Positions 43,401-56,397 of a stretch of DNA of 64,000 bases are shown here, piece by piece. The position numbers and the translations under genes are program-made. The notes beneath the pieces are model-generated. The model saw only the letters and a program-made list of their open reading frames with translations. It had not been told where the DNA came from and did not search any database. The number at the start of each line of letters is the position of its first letter. The first letter of the stretch is position 1. This DNA is from Eledone cirrhosa (Eukaryota): assembly GCA_964016885.1 (NCBI GenBank), contig OZ024743.1, forward strand, positions 337,838,001-337,902,000, in the 5' to 3' direction.

Positions 43401-46400
43401 TGGTTATTCTGTCTATTAAGTAGTTGAGGAGGTAGATGAAACAGTAATATACTCTGGCTGGCTATTCTGTCTATTAAGTAGTTGAGGAGGTAGATGAAAC
43501 AGTAATATACTCTGTCTGGTTATTCTATCTATTAAGTAGTTGAGGAGGTAGATGTAACAGTAATATACTCTGGCTGGTTATTCAGTCTATTAAGTAGTTG
43601 AGGAGGTAGATGAAACAGTAATATACTCTGGTTGGTTATTATGTCTATTAAGTAGTTGAGGAGGTAGATGAAACAGTAATGTACTCTGGCTGGTTATTCT
43701 GTGTATTAAGTAGTTGAGGAGGTAGATGTAACAGTAATATACTCTGGCTGGTTATTCTGTCTATTAAGTAGTTGAGGAGGTAGATGAAACAGTAATATAC
43801 TTTGGCTCGTTATTATGTCAATGAAGTGGTTGAGGAGGTAGATGTAACAGTAATATACTCTGGCTGGTTATTCTGTCTATTAAGTAGTTGAGGAGGTAGA
43901 TGAAACAGTAATATACTCTGGCTGGTTATTCTGTCTATTAAGTAGTTGAGGAGGTAGATGAAACAGTAATATACTCTGGCTGGTTATTCTGTCTATTAAG
44001 TAGTTGAGGAGGTAGATGAAACAGTAATATACTCTGGCTCGTTATTCTGTCCATGAAGTAGTTGAGGAGGTAGATGAAACAGTAATATACTCTGGCTGGT
44101 TATTCTGTCTATTAAGTAGTTGAGGAGGTAGATGTAACAGTAATATACTCTGGCAGGTTATTCTGTCTATTAAGTAGTTGAGGAGGTAGATGTAACAGTA
44201 ATATACTCTGGCTGGTTATTCTGTCCATGAAGTAGTTGAGGTGGTAGATGAAACAGTAATATACTCTGGCTGGTTATTCTGTCTATGATCTAGATGAGGA
44301 TGTAGATGAAACAGTAATATACTCTGGCTGGTTATTCTGTCTATTAAGTAGTTGAGGAGGTAGTGTAAACAGTAATATACTCTGGCTGCTTATTCTGTCC
44401 ATGAAGTAGTTGAGGAGGTAGATGTAACAGTAATATACTCTGGCTGGTTATTCTGTCTATTAAGTAGTTGAGGAGGTAGATGAAACAGTAATATACTCTG
44501 GCTGGCTATTCTGTCTATTAAGTAGTTGAGGAGGTAGATGAAACAGTAATATACTCTGGCTGGTTATTCTATCTATTAAGTAGTTGAGGAGGTAGATGTA
44601 ACAGTAATATACTCTGGCTGGTTATTCAGTCTATTAAGTAGTTGAGGAGGTAGATGAAACAGTAATATACTCTGGCTGGTTATTATGTCTATTAAGTAGT
44701 TGAGGAGGTAGATGAAACAGTAATGTACTCTGGCTGGTTATTCTGTGTATTAAGTAGTTGAGGAGGTAGTGTAAACAGTAATATACTCTGGCTGGCTATT
44801 CTGTCTATTAAGTAGTTGAGGAGGTAGATGAAACAGTAATATACTCTGGCTGGCTATTCTGTCTATTAAGTAGTTGAGGAGGTAGATGAAACAGTAATAT
44901 ACTCTGGCTGGTTATTCTATCTATTAAGTAGTTGAGGAGGTAGATGTAACAGTAATATACTCTGGCTGGTTATTCTGTCTATTAAGTAGTTGAGGAGGTA
45001 GTGTAAACAGTAATATACTCTGGCTGCTTATTCTGTCCATGAAGTAGTTGAGGAGGTAGATGTAACAGTAATATACTCTGGCTGGTTATTCTGTCTATTA
45101 AGTAGTTGAGGAGGTAGATGAAACAGTAATATACTCTGGCTGGCTATTCTGTCTATTAAGTAGTTGAGGAGGTAGATGAAACAGTAATATACTCTGGCTG
45201 GTTATTCTATCTATTAAGTAGTTGAGGAGGTAGATGTAACAGTAATATACTCTGGCTGGTTATTCAGTCTATTAAGTAGTTGAGGAGGTAGATGAAACAG
45301 TAATATACTCTGGCTGGTTATTATGTCTATTAAGTAGTTGAGGAGGTAGATGAAACAGTAATATACTCTGGCTGGTTATTCTGTCTATTAAGTAGTTGAG
45401 GAGCTAGATGTAACAGTAATATACTCTGGCTGGTTATTCTGTCTGTTAAGTAGTTGAGCAGGTAGATGAAACAGTAATATACTCTGGCTGGTTATTCTGT
45501 CCATGAAGTAGTTGAGGAGGTAGATGAAACAGTAATATACTCTGGCTGGTTATTCTGTCTATTAAGTAGTTGAGGAGGTAGATGTAACAGTAATATACTC
45601 TGGCTGGTTATTCTGTCTATTAAGTAGTTGAGGAGGTAGATGTAACAGTAATATACTCTGGCTGGTTATTCTGTCCATGAAGTAGTTGAGGTGGTAGATG
45701 AAACAGTAATATACTCTGGCTGGTTATTCTGTCTATGATCTAGATGAGGAGGTAGATGAAACAGTAATATACTCTGGCTGGTTATTCTGTCTATTAAGTA
45801 GTTGAGGAGGTAGATGAAACAGTAATATACTCTGGCTGGTTATTCTGTCTATGATCTAGATGAGGAGGTAGATGTAACAGTAATATACTCTGGCTGGTTA
45901 TTCTGTCTATTAAGTAGTTGAGGAGGTAGATGAAACAGTAATATACTCTGGCTGGTTATTCTGTCCATGAAGTAGTTGAGGAGGTAGATGAAACAGTAAT
46001 ATACTCTGGCTGGTTATTCTGTCTATTAAGTAGTTGAGGAGGTAGATGAAACAGTAATATACTCTGCCTTGTTATTCTGTCTATTAAGTAGTTGAGGAGG
46101 TAGATGAAACAGTAATATACTCTGGCTGGTTATTCTGTCTATGAAGTAGTTGAGGAGGTAGATGTAACAGTAATATACTCTGGCTGGTTATTCTGTCTAT
46201 TAAGTAGTTGAGGAGGTAGATGAAACAGTAATATACTCTGGCTGGCTATTCTGACTATTAAGTAGTTGAGGAGGTAGATGAAACAGTAATATACTCTGGC
46301 TGGTTATTCTATCTATTAAGTAGTTGAGGAGGTAGATGTAACAGTAATATACTCTGGCTGGTTATTCAGTCTATTAAGTAGTTGAGGAGGTAGATGAAAC

Positions 46401-49400
46401 AGTAATATACTCTGGCTGGTTATTATGTCTATTAAGTAGTTGAGGAGGTAGATGAAACAGTAATGTACTCTGGCTGGTTATTCTGTGTATTAAGTAGTTG
46501 AGGAGGTAGATGTAACAGTAATATACTCTGGCTGGTTATTCTGTCTATTAAGTAGTTGAGGAGGTAGATGAAACAGTAATATACTTTGGCTCGTTATTAT
46601 GTCAATGAAGTGGTTGAGGAGGTAGATGTAACAGTAATATACTCTGGCTGGTTATTCTGTCTATTAAGTAGTTGAGGAGGTAGATGAAACAGTAATATAC
46701 TCTGGCTGGTTATTCTGTCTATTAAGTAGTTGAGGAGGTAGATGAAACAGTAATATACTCTGGCTGGTTATTCTGTCTATTAAGTAGTTGAGGAGGTAGA
46801 TGAAACAGTAATATACTCTGGCTGGTTATTCTGTCCATGAAGTAGTTGAGGAGGTAGATGAAACAGTAATATACTCTGGCTGGTTATTCTGTCTATTAAG
46901 TAGTTGAGGAGGTAGATGTAACAGTAATATACTCTGGCAGGTTATTATGTCTATTAAGTAGTTGAGGAGGTAGATGTAACAGTAATATACTCTGGCTGGT
47001 TATTCTGTCCATGAAGTAGTTGAGGTGGTAGATGAAACAGTAATATACTCTGGCTGGTTATTCTGTCTATAATCTAGATGAGGATGTAGATGAAACAGTA
47101 ATATACTCTGGCTGGTTATTCTGTCTATTAAGTAGTTGAGGAGGTAGTGTAAACAGTAATATACTCTGGCTGCTTATTCTGTCCATGAAGTAGTTGAGGA
47201 GGTAGATGTAACAGTAATATACTCTGGCTGGTTATTCTGTCTATTAAGTAGTTGAGGAGGTAGATGAAACAGTAATATACTCTGGCTGGCTATTCTGTCT
47301 ATTAAGTAGTTGAGGAGGTAGATGAAACAGTAATATACTCTGGCTGGTTATTCTATCTATTAAGTAGTTGAGGAGGTAGATGTAACAGTAATATACTCTG
47401 GCTGGTTATTCAGTCTATTAAGTAGTTGAGGAGGTAGATGAAACAGTAATATACTCTGGCTGGTTATTATGTCTATTAAGTAGTTGAGGAGGTAGATGAA
47501 ACAGTAATGTACTCTGGCTGGTTATTCTGTGTATTAAGTAGTTGAGGAGGTAGATGTAACAGTAATATACTCTGGCTGGTTATTCTGTCTATTAAGTAGT
47601 TGAGGAGGTAGATGAAACAGTAATATACTCTGGCTGGTTATTATGTCAATGAAGTAGTTGAGGAGGTAGATGTAACAGTAATATACTCTGGCTGGTTATT
47701 CTGTCTATTAAGTAGTTGAGGAGGTAGATGAAACAGTAATATACTCTGGCTGGTTATTCTGTCTATTAAGTAGTTGAGGAGCTAGATGTAACAGTAATAT
47801 ACTCTGGCTGGTTATTCTGTCTGTTAAGTAGTTGAGGAGGTAGATGAAACAGTAATATACTCTGGCTGGTTATTCTGTCCATGAAGTAGTTGAGGAGGTA
47901 GATGAAACAGTAATATACTCTGGCTGGTTATTCTGTCTATTAAGTAGTTGAGGAGGTAGATGTAACAGTAATATACTCTGGCTGGTTATTCTGTCTATTA
48001 AGTAGTTGAGGAGGTAGATGTAACAGTAATATACTCTGGCTGGTTATTCTGTCCATGAAGTAGTTGAGGTGGTAGATGAAACAGTAATATACTCTGGCTG
48101 GTTATTCTGTCTATGATCTAGATGAGGAGGTAGATGAAACAGTAATATACTCTGGCTGGTTATTCTGTCTATTAAGTAGTTGAGGAGGTAGATGAAACAG
48201 TAATATACTCTGGCTGGTTATTCTGTCTATGATCTAGATGAGGAGGTAGATGTAACAGTAATATACTCTGGCTGGTTATTCTGTCTATTAAGTAGTTGAG
48301 GAGGTAGATGAAACAGTAATATACTCTGGCTGGTTATTCTGTCCATGAAGTAGTTGAGGAGGTAGATGAAACAGTAATATACTCTGGCTGGTTATTCTGT
48401 CTATTAAGTAGTTGAGGAGGTAGATGAAACAGTAATATACTCTGCCTTGTTATTCTGTCTATTAAGTAGTTGAGGAGGTAGATGAAACAGTAATATACTC
48501 TGGCTGGTTATTCTGTCTATGAAGTAGTTGAGGAGGTAGATGTAACAGTAATATACTCTGGCTGGTTATTCTGTCTATTAAGTAGTTGAGGAGGTAGATG
48601 AAACAGTAATATACTCTGGCTGGTTATTCTGTCTATTAAGTAGTTGAGGAGGTAGATGAAACAGTAATATACTCTGGCTGCTTATTCTGTCCATGAAGTA
48701 GTTGAGGAGGTAGATGTAACAGTAATATACTCTGGCTGGTTATTCTGTCTATTAAGTAGTTGAGGAGGTAGATGAAACAGTAATATACTCTGGCTGGCTA
48801 TTCTGTCTATTAAGTAGTTGAGGAGGTAGATGAAACAGTAATATACTCTGGCTGGTTATTCTATCTATTAAGTAGTTGAGGAGGTAGATGTAACAGTAAT
48901 ATACTCTGGCTGGTTATTCAGTCTATTAAGTAGTTGAGGAGGTAGATGAAACAGTAATATACTCTGGCTGGTTATTATGTCTATTAAGTAGTTGAGGAGG
49001 TAGATGAAACAGTAATGTACTCTGGCTGGTTATTCTGTGTATTAAGTAGTTGAGGAGGTAGATGTAACAGTAATATACTCTGGCTGGTTATTCTGTCTAT
49101 TAAGTAGTTGAGGAGGTAGATGAAACAGTAATATACTTTGGCTCGTTATTATGTCAATGAAGTGGTTGAGGAGGTAGATGTAACAGTAATATACTCTGGC
49201 TGGTTATTCTGTCTATTAAGTAGTTGAGGAGGTAGATGAAACAGTAATATACTCTGGCTGGTTATTCTGTCTATTAAGTAGTTGAGGAGGTAGATGAAAC
49301 AGTAATATACTCTGGCTGGTTATTCTGTCTATTAAGTAGTTGAGGAGGTAGATGAAACAGTAATATACTCTGGCTGGTTATTCTGTCCATGAAGTAGTTG

Positions 49401-52400
49401 AGGAGGTAGATGAAACAGTAATATACTCTGGCTGGTTATTCTGTCTATTAAGTAGTTGAGGAGGTAGATGTAACAGTAATATACTCTGGCAGGTTATTCT
49501 GTCTATTAAGTAGTTGAGGAGGTAGATGTAACAGTAATATACTCTGGTTGGTTATTCTGTCCATGAAGTAGTTGAGGTGGTAGATGAAACAGTAATATAC
49601 TCTGGCTGGTTATTCTGTCTATGATCTAGATGAGGATGTAGATGAAACAGTAATATACTCTGGCTGGTTATTCTGTCTATGATCTAGATGAGGAGGTAGA
49701 TGAAACAGTAATATACTCTGGCTGGTTATTCTGTCTATTAAGTAGTTGAGGAGGTAGATGAAACAGTAATATACTCTGGCTGGTTATTCTGTCTATGATC
49801 TAGATGAGGAGGTAGATGTAACAGTAATATACTCTGGCTGGTTATTCTGTCTATTAAGTAGTTGAGGAGGTAGATGAAACAGTAATATACTCTGGCTGGT
49901 TATTCTGTCCATGAAGTAGTTGAGGAGGTAGATGAAACAGTAATATACTCTGGCTGGTTATTCTGTCTATTAAGTAGTTCAGGAGGTAGATGTAACAGTA
50001 ATATACTCTGGCTGGTCATTCTGTCTATTAAATAGTTGAGGAGGTAGATGAAACAGTAATATACTCTGGCTGGTTATTCTGTCTATTAAGTAGTTGAGGA
50101 GGTAGATGAAACAGTAATATACTCTGGCTGGTTATTCTGTCTATTAAGTAGTTGAGGAGGTAGATGTAACAGTAATATACTCTGGCTGGTTATTCTGTCT
50201 ATTAAGTAGTTGAGGAGGTAGATGAAACAGTAATATACTCTGGCTGGTTATTCTGTCTATTAAGTAGTTGAGGAGGTAGATGTAACAGTAATATACTCTG
50301 GCTGGTTATTCTGTCTATTAAGTAGTTGAGGAGGTAGATGTAACAGTAATATACTCTGCCTGGTTATTCTGTCTATTAAGTAGTTGAGGAGGTAGATGTA
50401 ACAGTAATATACTCTGCCTGGTTATTCTGTCTATTAAGTAGTTGAGGAGGTAGATGTAACAGTAATATACTCTGGCTGGTTATTCTGTCTATTACGTAGT
50501 TGAGGAGGTAGATGTAACAGTAATATACTCTGGCTGGTTATTATGTCCATGAAGTAGTTGAGGAGCTAGATGTAACAGTAATATACTCTGGCTGGTTATT
50601 CTGTCTATTAAGTAGTTGAGGAGGTAGATGAAACAGTAATATACTCTGGCTGGTTATTCTGTCCATGAAGTAGTTGAGGAGGTAGATGAAACAGTAATAT
50701 ACTCTGGCTGGTTATTCTGTCTATTAAGTAGTTGAGGGGGTAGATGAAACAGTAATATACTCTGGCTGGTTATTCTGTCTATTAAGTAGTTGAGGATTTA
50801 GATGTAATAGTAATATACTCTGGCTGGTTATTCTGTCTATTAAGTAGTTGAGGAGGTAGATGAAACAGTAATATACTCTGGCTGGTTATTCTGTCTATTA
50901 AGTAGTTGAGGATGTAGATGAAACAGTAATATACTCTGGCTGGTATTCTGTCTATTAAGTAGTTGAGGATGTAGATGAAACAGTAATATACTCTGGCTGG
51001 TTATTCTGTCTATTAAGTAGTTGAGGAGGTAGATGTAACAGTAATATACTCTGGCTGGTTATTCTGTCTATTAAGTAGTTGAGGAGGTAGATGAAACAGT
51101 AATATACTCTGGCTGGTTATTCTGTCTTTTAAGTAGTTGAGGATGTAGATGTAACAGTAATATACTCTGGCTGGTTATTCTGTCCATGAAGTAGTTGAGG
51201 AGGTAGATGTAACAGTAATATACTCTGGCTGGTTATTCTGTCTATTAAGTAGTTGAGGATGTAGATGAAACAGTAATATACTCTGGCTGGTTTTTCTGTC
51301 TATTAAGTAGTTGAGGAGGTAGATGTAACAGTAATATACTCTGGCTGGTTATTCTGTCTATTAAGTAGTTGAGGATGTAGATGAAACAGTAATATACTCT
51401 GGCTGGTTATTCTGTCTATTAAGTAGTTGAGGAGGTAGATGTAACAGTAATATACTCTGGCTGGTTATTCTGTCTATTAAGTAGTTGAGGAGGTAGATGA
51501 AACAGTAATATACTCTGGCTGGTTATTCTGTCTATTAAGTAGTTGAGGAGGTAGATGTAACAGTAATATACTCTGGCTGGTTATTCTGTCTATTAAGTAG
51601 TTGAGGAGGTAGATGAAACAGTAATATACTCTGGCTGGTTATTCTGTCTATTAAGTAGTTGAGGAGGTAGATGAAACAGTAATATACTCTGCCTGGTTAT
51701 TCTGTCCATGAAGTAGTTGAGGAGGTAGATGAAACAGTAATATACTCTGCCTGGTTATTCTGTCTATTAAGTAGTTGAGGAGGTAGATGAAACAGTAATA
51801 TACTCTGGCTGGTTATTCTGTCTATTAAGTAGTTGAGGAGGTAGATGTAACAGTAATATACTCTGGCTGGTTATTCTGTCTATTAAGTAGTTGAGGATGT
51901 AGATGTAACAGTAATATACTCTGCCTGGTTATTCTGTCTATTAAGTAGTTGAGGAGGTAGATGAAACAGTAATATACTCTGGCTGGTTATTCTGTCCATG
52001 AAGTAGTTGAGGAGGTAGATGAAACAGTAATATACTCTGCCTGGTTATTCTGTCTATTAAGTAGTTGAGGAGGTAGATGAAACAGTAATATACTCTGGCT
52101 GGTTATTCTGTCTATTAAGTAGTTGAGGAGGTAGATGAAACAGTAATATACTCTGGCTGGTTATTCTGTCTATTAAGTAGTTGAGGAGGTAGATGAAACA
52201 GTAATATACTCTGGCTGGTTATTCTGTCTATTAAGTAGTTGAGGAGGTAGATGAAACAGTAATATACTCTGGCTGGTTATTCTGTCTATTAAGTAGTTGA
52301 ATGAGGTAGATGAAACAGTATTATACTCTGGTTGGTTATTCTCTCTATTAAGTAGTTGAGAGGTAGAAGTAACAGTAATATACTCTGGCTGGTTATTATG

Positions 52401-54902
52401 TCTATTAAGTAGTTGAGGAGGTAGATGTAACAGTAATATACTCTGGCTGGTTATTCTGTCTATTAAGTAGTTGAGGAGGTAGATGTAACAGTAATATACT
52501 CTGGCTGGTTATTCTGTCTATTAAGTAGTTGAGGATGTAGATGTAACAGTAATATACTCTGCCTGGTTATTCTGTCTATTAAGTAGTTGAGGAGGTAGAT
52601 GAAACAGTAATATACTCTGGCTGGTTATTCTGTCCATGAAGTAGTTGAGGAGGTAGATGAAACAGTAATATACTCTGGCTGGTTATTCTTCCATGAAGTA
52701 GTTGAGGATGTAGATGTAACAGTAATATACTCTGCCTGGTTATTCTGTCTATTAAGTAGTTGAGGAGGTAGATGAAACAGTAATATACTCTGGCTGGTTA
52801 TTCTGTCTATTAAGTAGTTGAGGAGGTAGATGTAACAGTAATATACTCTGGCTGGTTATTCTGTTTATTAAGTAGTTGAGGAGGTAGATGAAACAGTAAT
52901 ATACTCTGGCTGGTTATTCTGTCTATTAAGTAGTTGAGGAGGTAGATGAAACAGTAATATACTCTGGCTGGTTATTCTGTCTATTAAGTAGTTGAGGAGG
53001 TAGATGAAACAGTAATATACTCTGGCTGGTTATTCTGTCTATTAAGTAGTTGAGGAGGTAGATGTAACAGTAATATACTCTGGCTGGTTATTCTGTCTAT
53101 TAAGTAGTTGAGGAGGTAGATGAAACAGTAATATACTCTGGCTGGTTATTCTGTCTATTAAGTAGTTGAGGAGGTAGATGTAACAGTAATATACTCTGGC
53201 TGGTTATTCTGTCTATTAAGTAGTTGAGGAGGTAGATGAAACAGTAATATACTCTGGCTGGTTATTCTGTCTATTAAGTAGTTGAGGAGGTAGATGTAAC
53301 ACTAATATACTCTGCCTGGTTATTCTGTCTATTAAGTAGTTGAGGAGGTAGATGTAACAGTAATATACTCTGAATGGTTATTCTGTCTATTAAGTAGTTG
53401 AGGAGGTAGATGAAACAGTAATATACTCTGGCTGGTTATTCTGTCTATTAAGTAGTTGAGGAGGTAGATGTAACAGTAATATACTCTGCCTGGTTATTCT
53501 CCCTATTAAGTAGTTGAGGAGGTAGATGAAACAGTAATATACTTTGGCTGGTTATTCTGTCTATTAAGTAGTTGAGGAGGTAGATGTAACAGTAATATAC
53601 TCTGCCTGGTTATTCTGTCTATTAAGTAGTTGAGGAGGTAGATGAAACAGTAATATACTCTGGCTGGTTATTCTGTCTATTAAGTAGTTGAGGAGGTAGA
53701 TGAAACAGTAATATACTCTGGCTGGTTATTCTGTCTATTAAGTAGTTGAGGAGGTAGATGAAACAGTAATATAATCTGGCTGGTTATTCTGTCTATTAAG
53801 TAGTTGAGGAGGTAGATGAAACAGTAATATACTCTGGCTGGTTATTCTGTCTATTAAGTAGTTGAGGAGGTAGATGTAACAGTAATATACTCTGCCTGGT
53901 TATTCTGTCTATTAAGTAGTTGAGGAGGTAGATGAAACAGTAATATACTCTGGCTGGTTATTCTGTCTATTAAGTAGTTGAGGTGGTAGATGAAACAGTA
54001 ATATACTCTGGCTGGTTATTCTGTCCATGAAGTAGTTGAGGAGGTAGATGTAACAGTAATATACTCTGGCTGGTTATTCTGTCCATGAAGTAGTTGAGGA
54101 TGTAGTTGAAACAGTAATATACTCTGGCTGGTTATTCTGTCTATTAAGTAGTTGAGGAGGTAGATGTAACAGTAATATACTCTGGCTGGTTATTCTGTCT
54201 ATGAAGTAGTTGAGGAGGTAGATGTAACAGTAATATACTCTTGCTGGTTATTCTGTCTATTAAGTAGTTGAGGAGGTAGATGAAACAGTAATATACTCTG
54301 GCTGGTTATTCTGTCTATGAAGTAGTTGAGGAGGTAGATGTAACAGTAATATACTCTGGCTGGTTATTCTGTCTATGAAGTAGTTGAGGAGGTAGACGTA
54401 ACAGTAATATACTCTTGCTGGTTATTCTGTCTATTAAGTAGTTGAGGAGGTAGATGTAACAGTAATATACTCTGGCTGGTTATTCTGTCCATGAAGTAGT
54501 TGAGGATGTAGATGAAACAGTAATATACTTCGGCTGGTTATTCTCTTGCAAAAATCTGGCAGTTTGCCCTGTAAAAATAAATGAATATATAAATGTATCA
54601 ATTCAAACTGTATCAGGGATTTGGATCATAATAGATCCAGATGCCTGGCATGTGAGAATGTTCTGACTTCCGGAAACACGCACTTTAGTTCTTTATTCAC
54701 GTTAAAGGATTCTGAAGAGCGTTGATTTCTCCTTAAAATATTCGTTTTCGTATCTAAAGAATGAAGTAACGTGCTGTGTGTTTTATTCTGAATGGAGTCT
54801 AATTGTTTGTTTCAATTGCATGCTTTCATAGCAGCCCTTCTCAGAAAACGAACCAACAAGGAAGGAGGGCTTCTGCATAAAGAACATATGGAATAACACA
54901 CA

Positions 54903-55085
54903 AGTTTCTAATGTTAGCACAAAGCCAATAATTTTAGTGGGAAGGGAAAGTCGATTTTACTGACTCCAGTACTTTAATTTATCGACGCTGGAAGAATGAA
55001 AGGCAAGATTTTAACTTAGAATGTAGACAGCCAAAACAAATACGGCTGGACACGTGTCCATCATTCTAACAAATCCGCCAATCCA
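54903..55085 (-). mobile_element. Degenerate tRNA-derived SINE copy
   Basis: The reverse complement contains TTGCCTTTCATTC..GTCGATAAATTAAAGTACTGGAGTC and the GGCTTTGTGC..AGAAAC tail shared with the other copies in this window. Confidence 0.7.
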
Positions 55086-55249
55086 ATGCACTCATGTGAA
55101 AATAACATATTGACAAATATGTCCAGGTTTATGACAAAAGCGATGAGATTGGAGGCAGAGAAAGTATCACAGATTAGATATTTACCTTCCTTGAATGCTT
55201 ACCTTCACCACGGTCGAGGCCAGCAGGCTCCTGCTGTGATGCAAAACCG

Positions 55250-55359
55250 GCTGCTTCAGGACTGCTTCGAGGCTGCTTCGAAGATGGTTCGAGGCTGGTT
55301 CGAGGCTGCTTCGAGGATGGTTCGAAGCTGCTTCGAGGCTGCTTCCAGGCTGCTTCGAG
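55250..55359. repeat. 11-bp minisatellite (G[CA]TG[CG]TTCGA[GA]), about 10 copies
   Basis: Ten consecutive 11-bp units read directly. They explain the FEAASR repeats in ORF 55086-55373. Confidence 0.93.
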
Positions 55360-55590
55360 ACTCCTTTAGATGATGCTGTACAATGTGTTGTATCGAGGAA
55401 ACTGATCTGCGCATAACTATACCCAACGATTTATATTGTTTTATTTGCTTTTGTTGTTGTTATTTGTTTTATCCTTATATTTTTCTTCTCTTCAAATACA
55501 ATTACTATGATGCTCATAGTAAATATATGTCAGCGTTGTGGTGAGCTCTTAATGATATCAATAGGTACAGAAACATAAAATTCTTTCTTT

Positions 55591-55710
55591 AATAATTGTT
55601 TCTACTTTTGGCACAAGCCCAGCAAATAACCAGTGCATTACTGGTACTTTATTTTATCGACCCCGTAAGGATGAAAGGCAAAATTAACCTCGGCGGGATT
55701 TGAACTCAGA
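55591..55710 (-). mobile_element. SINE, 5'-truncated (B-box through ATT tail)
   Basis: The reverse complement reads TCTGAGTTCAAATCCCGCCGAGGTTAATTTTGCCTTTCATCCTTACGGGGTCGATAAAATAAAGTACCAGT...AGAAACAATTATT, with about 7 mismatches to 56213-56332. Confidence 0.88.
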
Positions 55711-56144
55711 TCATACAGGGAGGTAACTCTATGCTTCAAAGCTAGGGAATTAGATGAATGCCAATCATTTAATAAGAGTAAGTTAACATGTTTTCTGTTT
55801 TTCATCTGCAACATCTTATATTCCCCACCTTCCCACCCCATCTGCCATTACCTCCTCAGTGATTTACCAACAAGATATTTACACTTACTATAATGTCAAA
55901 AAACAAACCTTTACCTAGTGATAGTTATATGATAAGTAATACTGATTTATTTTTTACACATATCTTTTACATACTGTCGTATTCCAGATATCTAAACTTC
56001 GCCTACCAACTAGCATTGTCACACAGAAACCAGCGGGTATCCAAAAGAAGGAACTTAACTTTTCAGAGTGATGCTGACATGCTGCATGTCTTTCTTTTTA
56101 CCTCCTTTAGACTGTAGGGTATGCAGATGTATTACTTGATAACA

Positions 56145-56350
56145 GGTGGAGTGACAGTATCGGTAGAGGGTTGGACACCATGCTTTGACGCATAGAGTTT
56201 CGGCCCTTGCCATTCTGAGTTCAAATCCCGCCGAGGTTAACTTTGCCTTTCATCCTTACGGGGTCGATAAAATAAAGTACCAGTACTTCACTGGGTAATT
56301 GCTGGCCTTGTGCCAAAAATAGAAACAATTATTATTATTACTATTATTGT
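56145..56350 (+). mobile_element. Full-length tRNA-derived SINE (octopus/coleoid-like family, by recollection)
   Basis: A-box-like head (GTGACAGTATCGGTAGA), B-box GAGTTCAAATCC, core TTTGCCTTTCATCC..GGGGTCGATAAAATAAAGTACCAGT and an (ATT)n tail. Multiple homologues occur in this window. Confidence 0.88.
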
Positions 56351-56397
56351 TGTATGACCTTGTGCCTATAGTAGAAATCATTATTATTATTGTTGAG

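Larger units (their letters stand above)
1..54544. repeat. 58-bp tandem satellite array, consensus GTAATATACTCTGGCTGGTTATTCTGTCTATTAAGTAGTTGAGGAGGTAGATG(A/T)AACA; 940 full monomers plus a partial one
   Basis: Direct reading. The monomer recurs every 58 bp from position 1, and the last monomer starts at 54520 (1+940x58-1, consistent with the net -1 of the indels I saw). The array ends abruptly at ...TTCGGCTGGTTATTCT|CTTGCAAAA. The ORF track has no ORF in the array. Confidence 0.99.

Noticed and set aside
1-54544. CRISPR array or coding tandem repeat
   Set aside because: There are no unique spacers and no cas genes. The 58-bp period is not a multiple of 3, stops are frequent, and the track has no ORF here.
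55086-55373. 95-aa ORF with FEAASR repeats
   Set aside because: The repeats derive from an 11-bp minisatellite (33-bp phase) and there is no recognisable domain.
56145-56230. tRNA gene suggested by the B-box GTTCAAATCC
   Set aside because: There is no cloverleaf; it is the Pol III promoter of a SINE head.
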